A stretch of 64,000 nt of DNA from Candidatus Cloacimonadales bacterium (GTDB lineage Bacteria; Cloacimonadota; Cloacimonadia; Cloacimonadales; JAFGVF01), in assembly GCA_963662585.1 (NCBI GenBank), contig OY759729.1, positions 3,008,001-3,072,000 on the forward strand, given 5' to 3'. Below, piece by piece: positions 61,301-64,000 of the stretch. The notes under the pieces are model-generated. The model was not told where the DNA came from and made no database searches. It saw nothing but the letters and a program-made list of their open reading frames with translations. The stretch's first letter is position 1. Every line of letters starts with the position of its first letter. The translations under genes and the position numbers were made by a program.

Positions 61301-62873
61301 TAGTATCAGTAAGCCATGCTCCATTAAGATAAAGTCTATATGAATCTGGGGTATAATTTCCGACAAGTGGAGAAGCTTCCCAGCTTATCAGAGCGATACC
61401 TGGTCCTGTTAAAATATATTGCAAATTTGTAGGAGGATAGATAATTTGAATCTCGACAAAAGCAGTATTGGATGGGTTTGATAAACCATTATTATATATA
61501 GCTTTTACAGCATAACTATGAATGCCATTTGTTACATTTCCATCTGTATAGGAGGTTACGCTAGGACTGAATGATTGAGCAAGCTCGTTTCCATTTTTGT
61601 ATATTTTATAACCTTGAAGTTCTCTAGTATAGCCTTCAGGAGCTTGCCAGTTCAACTCAACTGCATTATCATCGTTCACTACTGCTGTTAAGTTCTGAGG
61701 TGGGTTTAAAGGAATTACTCCACTTGGAAGATCAATAGCATCTAAATAAACTGTATCATCTCCACTAACCACGGACCCATCTTTAATATAAGACCATTTA
61801 AATTGATAAATACCAGGTTCTAATGCATAAGAAGCATAGGTCCAGTTTCCTTCTCCATACCATTCATCTTGCTCTACACCATTTATGTAGAAAACAGCTC
61901 TATCATACTGTCCCTCAGTTGGATATTCGCATGATGGCTTGATATAAAAGCTGATTTCATCTGCTGCGGGAACTGATAAATCAATTAGAATTGATGAACT
62001 TTGATTATGATCAATTTCACTTGCTCTTGCAGATTGAGTACCTGCATAGGCTTCATTACTAGATAAAGTCCAGCCTGAATTACCTTGGAAATACCAGTTG
62101 TTATCTGCGAAACCATTTTCGAAAGACTCATCGTATTCTTCTATATTATCAGGGATTATATTAATTAGCATTTTTTGATTATTAACGCTGATGGCATGTC
62201 CATCTACTACAAGATCTGTTAGATTAGTTGTGTAATGCTGATATGTACCTAAACTTGTTAGGAAAGTATAGCGATTATCAGCTGTTAATCCATCAATAAT
62301 GATAAAATAATTTCTATCAACATCAGTAGCATAGCATTGATATAAAACAGGTCTGCCTAATGATAACTGTTGGTTAATCATTTGACGCCAAGTAATAAAG
62401 GAAGTAGTTGCTAAGTCATGATACTCCATTGAATTAGAATAACCAAAATTATTAATCATAGATGTCATAACATCTTCGATATCTGCAGTAGAATAATCAG
62501 TTTCCCAATCAGATTCTATCCCATAGCCAACTGTACTAATTAAGCTAGCTGTTTGGAATCTATATAGTGTATTGGACATTCTTGACCAGTTAAAACTGAT
62601 CGCCAATGATTGATTAATTTCCCCAAGATCATCATCTGTATATGATGCTGTTCCAACACCTGCATCTGGGTAATTCCAATATTTCATAATTTTCGCTACA
62701 GATAAAGCACCTGTACCGGCATCTACAGTATTTGCACCAATGTTTGGACAATAGTTATTCCATGGAGAAATAGTATTCCATTCTGATTGGATCATTGGGT
62801 CGATTTGACCGAACAAAGCACTTATTGAGGCTACTAATAAAAATAGCACAATAACTATAATTTTTTTGTTCAT
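52362..62873 (-). CDS. Giant secreted surface protein: degenerate C10 (SpeB-like) peptidase domain, beta-sandwich domain, 35 FN3-like repeats, FlgD-Ig/T9SS-type CTD
   Basis: Signal peptide (ATG 62873 after AGGAG); PWNNYCP...AKIMKYWNYP...LSLGRPVLY...IIDG; ESFE...WSYIKD domain; 35 PxNL...LxW...YxIYR...YxD...GxYxYxVxAxY units counted by eye; [13 protein letters not shown]. Confidence 0.9.
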   Translation of the reverse strand: MNKKIIVIVLFLLVASISALFGQIDPMIQSEWNTISPWNNYCPNIGANTVDAGTGALSVAKIMKYWNYPDAGVGTASYTDDDLGEINQSLAISFNWSRMSNTLYRFQTASLISTVGYGIESDWETDYSTADIEDVMTSMINNFGYSNSMEYHDLATTSFITWRQMINQQLSLGRPVLYQCYATDVDRNYFIIIDGLTADNRYTFLTSLGTYQHYTTNLTDLVVDGHAISVNNQKMLINIIPDNIEEYDESFENGFADNNWYFQGNSGWTLSSNEAYAGTQSARASEIDHNQSSSILIDLSVPAADEISFYIKPSCEYPTEGQYDRAVFYINGVEQDEWYGEGNWTYASYALEPGIYQFKWSYIKDGSVVSGDDTVYLDAIDLPSGVIPLNPPQNLTAVVNDDNAVELNWQAPEGYTRELQGYKIYKNGNELAQSFSPSVTSYTDGNVTNGIHSYAVKAIYNNGLSNPSNTAFVEIQIIYPPTNLQYILTGPGIALISWEASPLVGNYTPDSYRLYLNGAWLTDTTDTEFTLPLEEGAYTFRVTALYDGVESSPTPILNITIGTLPPPSNLTATLYDGNNVHLEWTAPVTPFISGYKIYRNNELLAEITDETTTDYNDEDLPNGSYIYTIKTINNFQSSGPSLAVTVNVMVLLSPINVQSTVVSGVSVQLTWGYPSAANLLDQYKVYRNGNVVASVYNTENPSFFDYNLANGNYNYQVTAIYEGIESDFSETESVEIAYAYPPRNFVATANGSNVQLNWAIPAVQGGASRGLLRYKIYENGEFITNIENTATTTYTINGLMNGTYTFAMAAEYNSGLSVLVEDQVTVEVLYAPQNLAYSIDGQNATISWEAGTLSRELIQYHLYRNDVEYVTTTELFYEDLALSNGYYEYSVVAEYSTGFSEASETISFDLEFPHPVTELEHSIEDNDITFTWERPAFTENERSLVNYELFRNNTSIATTSALTYTDSDLINASYEYYIVVNYTNESSVASNTISIDLINQYPIEDLTASVQTRNNIVLTWDISSYSGQSIENFRLLRNGDILTTTSELTYTDSALEDGEYSYSVIAIYSNGLAEAVNSETIQIEYPYPVSDLTSAVTEDDVLLTWDYQYTGTPIFRIYRDNAYIAETSDLSYNDTNLANGIHSYYIITRNNSDSGNSLASATVNAEVSVTYPVTGLVANVLDDSIQLNWNAPAISSRALSNYKVFVNEELYQDEIENTSYTLTGLANGSYSIFVVATYTNGDSEASNIVNPIIEVKYTPLNFTLNTLGNNVELTWGAPTDATGILNYNVYRNNQVIAQVTSTSYSDNDLVNNNYSYTITSNYESGQSAPTSPEATLIEIYYAVTDLLVQVDNSTFTVTWEDNPLAGSSIVEYQIFMDDEQIAIIEDNSYQSESIANGTYEIAVKAVYASGLSELSEPVTAIINVLYPVNNLAYTLESNNVTLTWQSHPFASDIMGYEISRNDLVLDIVTDLSYTDMNLPNGIHEYQVRAINSFEQASAPAIVNVTIELLYAPNNLTYDVVDDSVILNWEEPNSMYRGFIGYKLFKGEELLTSLTELTYTDNNLMNGDYSYSVKAQYSSGDSEATNSVTANVEVLYPAINLALDIMEDDASLTWESNPMSGNSIIDYTIYRNEENIGNITELSYLDQALANGDYQYNVAVNYLTGTSELSEAVSALVEVLYAPEDLNCLVDGNSVLISWEAAATSSRGFLGYNLYRDNELIFSDASATSYNDLNLINNNYEYKVEASYSTGISEALTASVTIEVLYPVINFTGSLTETEISLAWENDPLAGNTVLSYSLYRNNELYASQTELSFLDSALANGNYEYSVVANYNNGSAIASEILDFFVEITYPANNLTAQVTADIVNLTWDLPANSPRALLSYNIYRDGEIVGNSEELTYSDTFLANGTYSYFVTAIYTSGESDPSNSVEAFVEVPYPIQNLVSSVEENDVTLTWDIPATSARNLLSYTILRDNEEIASVTETSYTDSNLYNNTYNYAVKAVYTSGESIEVSTSILVEVLYPAMNLALEIFEDDATLTWETNVMSGASIIDYTIYRDGQNIGNVAELSYFDQALANASYEYSLAVNYLTGSSELAEAVSGLVEVLYAPQDLNCLVENNNVLVSWNAAPTSSRGFLGYNLYRDNELIFSDASATSYNDLDLINNSYEYKVEASYSTGISEALTASVIIEVLYPVINFTGSLTETEVNLAWENNSFAGNSVLSYSLYRNSELYDTVTELSYLDSALANGSYEYSVVANYNNGYSIASDILDFFVEITYPANNLSAQVTADVVNLTWDLPANSPRALLSYNIYRDGEIIANSEDLNYSDQALANATYSYFVTAVYTSGESAPSNSVEAIVEVLYVPNNLTYSVMGNSVTLNWDQPNASYRGFIGYKLFKDQELLTSLTELSYTDSDLANGDYTYSVKAEYTSGDSEASNEVNVNIEVLYPASNLTGSLLNDEVTLSWDTPSELYRNFLGYNIYRNNELIDSTTETSFVDSNLANGNHSYYITANYTSGESNPTNSVDFFVEITYPVTSLSASVDENNVTLTWDIPAISAQTRAFRGYFIYRNNAIEAVIDNPATTTWTDNSLANGDYDYYLKAVYDAGISVESNHVSVNIEILPDLFAPTNLQLFVEDASDVHLTWDIPADEVINYLIFKDNMEIASTTDNSYWDLDLANGSYQYFVKAVYPEGTSSPSNSVIANIASTDTPTNLTATITNGNDVVLTWEAPNNGETAFIINRNGQELSYISNVAQVEYTDQALTNALYTYTIRAVYNNLVSELSNPAYADIMKSYIPQISESSVVNNSISLTWEDLSPWGRLVDYTVYKNGQEIANTSNTSYSETGLTNEVYEYTVKANFDFASSEESTPVSLVVLVAQMVSNVSSTMIGNDLVLSWDYPLDTGLITSYNVYRNNVLIATTQENSYSDVDLMNGDYSYQVMTYYNDTINNPISPAITVSYIQAQAVTNLTATIDGESIVVAWDSPLDMYGFQHYKVFRNEQFIMTLYAGATGFVNNIPENGLYQYTIKSVYLNGATVSVLSEAINFLIPVSPTNLTISANETVNLSWDFTGTEYAFIGFDIFNNTEFLASTTDTSYELDLANGNYDFLIRTSYSEITSEFSETLSYELVRTYPVINASAEVTENDISLNWDTPSDTYGLENITIIRTQSAEASRLEIVLDANTTSYFDEDLLAGIYNYDIIANYDSSIQEDKIISINDLALIIQMPVTDLAVTADNDDLTLTWTEPLNTLGFVNYQVYQNDTMIATTENTEYIFTDQANGDYSFYVKSIYENELVAFSVTLDYSLVIAYPALNPSLNVTDNNIVLSWDAPSDNFGLVGYKLYAMNADDVNQPQLWVTIDTLITETSLTDDISELASGDYRWAVVSVYRNLQSNTTLYSEATISDIVTDNSTEDTFALTTINGNYPNPFNPETRLSFQIAKDGFVSMNVYNMKGQLVKSLVNGTMKSGSHTIIWNGEDESGRLVSSGVYFFRLSSNGVNKIHKCSLMK

Positions 62874-63178
62874 AAACACTCCTACATTAATTTAATTTAC
62901 ATCTCTAATAATATATGCAATAATAGTTCCTATTTATAAAGTATTATTCTAAAATACTGAGAGAGTCTTTAAATTAACATATAGTTAATATAAGATACAC
63001 TTAAACAAAAGCTTGTTCTTGTGAGAAAATACAGCATATTAACTTGAAATGTCATAAAAGTATACTGGGAAATTATTTCCTTCTTTAAAAGGATGAAAAG
63101 TGTTTTGCCCCTTCTATAAGGTCATTTTCTTTTTGTGAAATTTATGAAACTCTTTCTGTCTTCTTTGTGTATTTATCT

Positions 63179-63208
63179 GAAAAAAAAGCCCCGTTTTCGC
63201 AGGGCTTG
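63179..63208 (-). terminator. Intrinsic terminator on the minus strand, downstream of the 55 bp repeat array
   Basis: Minus strand caagccctg-cgaaaa-cggggctttttttt. Confidence 0.7.
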
Positions 63209-63225
63209 TAAATTTGTATATATGG

Positions 63226-63436
63226 GAAGCACCCCTATGTCCCCCTCGCAAAGGGGGATGAAGGCAATCTCAGTTAAGATGAAGCACCCCTATGTCCCCC
63301 TCGCAAAGGGGGATGAAGGCAATCTCAGTTAAGATGAAGCACCCCCTATGTCTCCCTCGCAAAGGGGGATGAAGGCAATCTCAGTTAAGATGAAGCACCC
63401 CCTATGTCCCCCTCGCAAAGGGGGATGAAGGCAATC
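63226..63436. repeat. Tandem array, about 3.8 x 55-56 bp, hairpin-containing
   Basis: gaagcacccctatgtccccctcgcaaagggggatgaaggcaatctcagttaagat at 63226, 63281, 63336 and 63392 (partial); stem tccccct/aggggga. Confidence 0.95.
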
Positions 63437-63443
63437 CATTTTT

Positions 63444-64000
63444 TTACTTCATCAAAATCATTTTCTTGCTTGAAGAATATGTTCCACTTTTCATTTTGTA
63501 GAGATAAACTCCGGAAGAAACGCTATGATTATCTTCATCTTTACCATTCCAAACTACATTGTGCTGTCCTGCATCTTGATAACCTTTCACAAGAGACTTA
63601 ACCTTTTGACCCTTGATATTATAAATGTCAAGAGTTACTATTCCACCTGTTGGCATATTGAAGGAAATAGTAGTTTCAGGGTTGAAAGGATTAGGGTAGT
63701 TGCCATTTAAGGTAGTTACCGACGCTATATCGTTATTATGATTTGAAACGATATTGATAATGATTGTATTTGATGGAGAAGTATGTTCACCATCATTTGT
63801 TCTTCCACAAACCCAGACTGTTGATTCTCCACCAGGTAATCCTAAATCATTGATGTCAAACGAAGTTACAGAAGAATTAACTTGGAAATATTCTGTTTCT
63901 TGAGAGTTAGCAGAATCAACTAATATTGTATATCCTGCAAGATTAGCTCCAGGAACTTGATAATCTATATAAGTACATGGGTTCCAATAGATTCTTTCAT
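63444..64000 (-). CDS. 3-prime part of a secreted protein with FlgD-Ig/T9SS-type CTD (starts beyond the window)
   Basis: Frame is open from 63998 ([14 protein letters not shown]...[25 protein letters not shown]...SSGVYLY...KKMILMK). Confidence 0.85.
   Translation of the reverse strand, partial: ERIYWNPCTYIDYQVPGANLAGYTILVDSANSQETEYFQVNSSVTSFDINDLGLPGGESTVWVCGRTNDGEHTSPSNTIIINIVSNHNNDIASVTTLNGNYPNPFNPETTISFNMPTGGIVTLDIYNIKGQKVKSLVKGYQDAGQHNVVWNGKDEDNHSVSSGVYLYKMKSGTYSSSKKMILMK

Noticed and set aside
63226..63436. CRISPR array
   Set aside because: Units are contiguous near-identical copies without spacers.
63135..63710. Plus-strand ORFs 63135..63332, 63404..63601, 63525..63710
   Set aside because: Derived from the tandem repeat or antisense to the CTD gene.
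48395..64000. Diversity-generating retroelement acting on the CTD genes
   Set aside because: No reverse transcriptase and no adenine-specific template/variable repeat pair seen; similarity among 3-prime ends is explained by the shared CTD.

Overview
Low-GC bacterial chromosome segment. It is probably from an anaerobic FCB-group organism such as Ca. Cloacimonadota; this is an inference from four FlgD-Ig/T9SS-type C-terminal sorting domains of the PNPFNPxT...WxG...SGxY kind, a PorV-family gene and an electron-bifurcating [FeFe]-hydrogenase. Left to right: an AI-2E transporter; two tandem paralogous PAS-PocR-GAF hybrid histidine kinases; a divergent hfs-like regulatory trio (2Fe-2S protein, stand-alone PAS protein, SpoIIE phosphatase) followed by hydCBA; a REP-associated HUH/Y1 tyrosine transposase (RAYT) between two direct-repeat arrays of 99-100 bp two-hairpin units; a defence block (PLD-SNF2 helicase, KilA-N, Type IIG-like m6A methyltransferase whose stop codon lies inside the last REP hairpin); housekeeping genes (gltX, GNAT, holB, HU, mtnA, sirtuin, YkuD-like, holA, uppP); a porV-led operon with an M6 metalloprotease and three paralogous Phe-terminated exported proteins; tRNA-Leu(CAA); mfd; and a cluster of secreted CTD proteins, including a 3.5 kaa protein with an apparently dead C10 peptidase head and 35 FN3-like domains. 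The strongest candidates for something new are the RAYT/REP array and its coupling to the RM gene, the porV-M6 locus, a HydS-like PAS protein lacking its hydrogenase domain, a 26 bp palindrome inside the KilA-N coding sequence, and several apparent pseudo-enzymes. All family calls are by-eye motif recognition; no searches were run.
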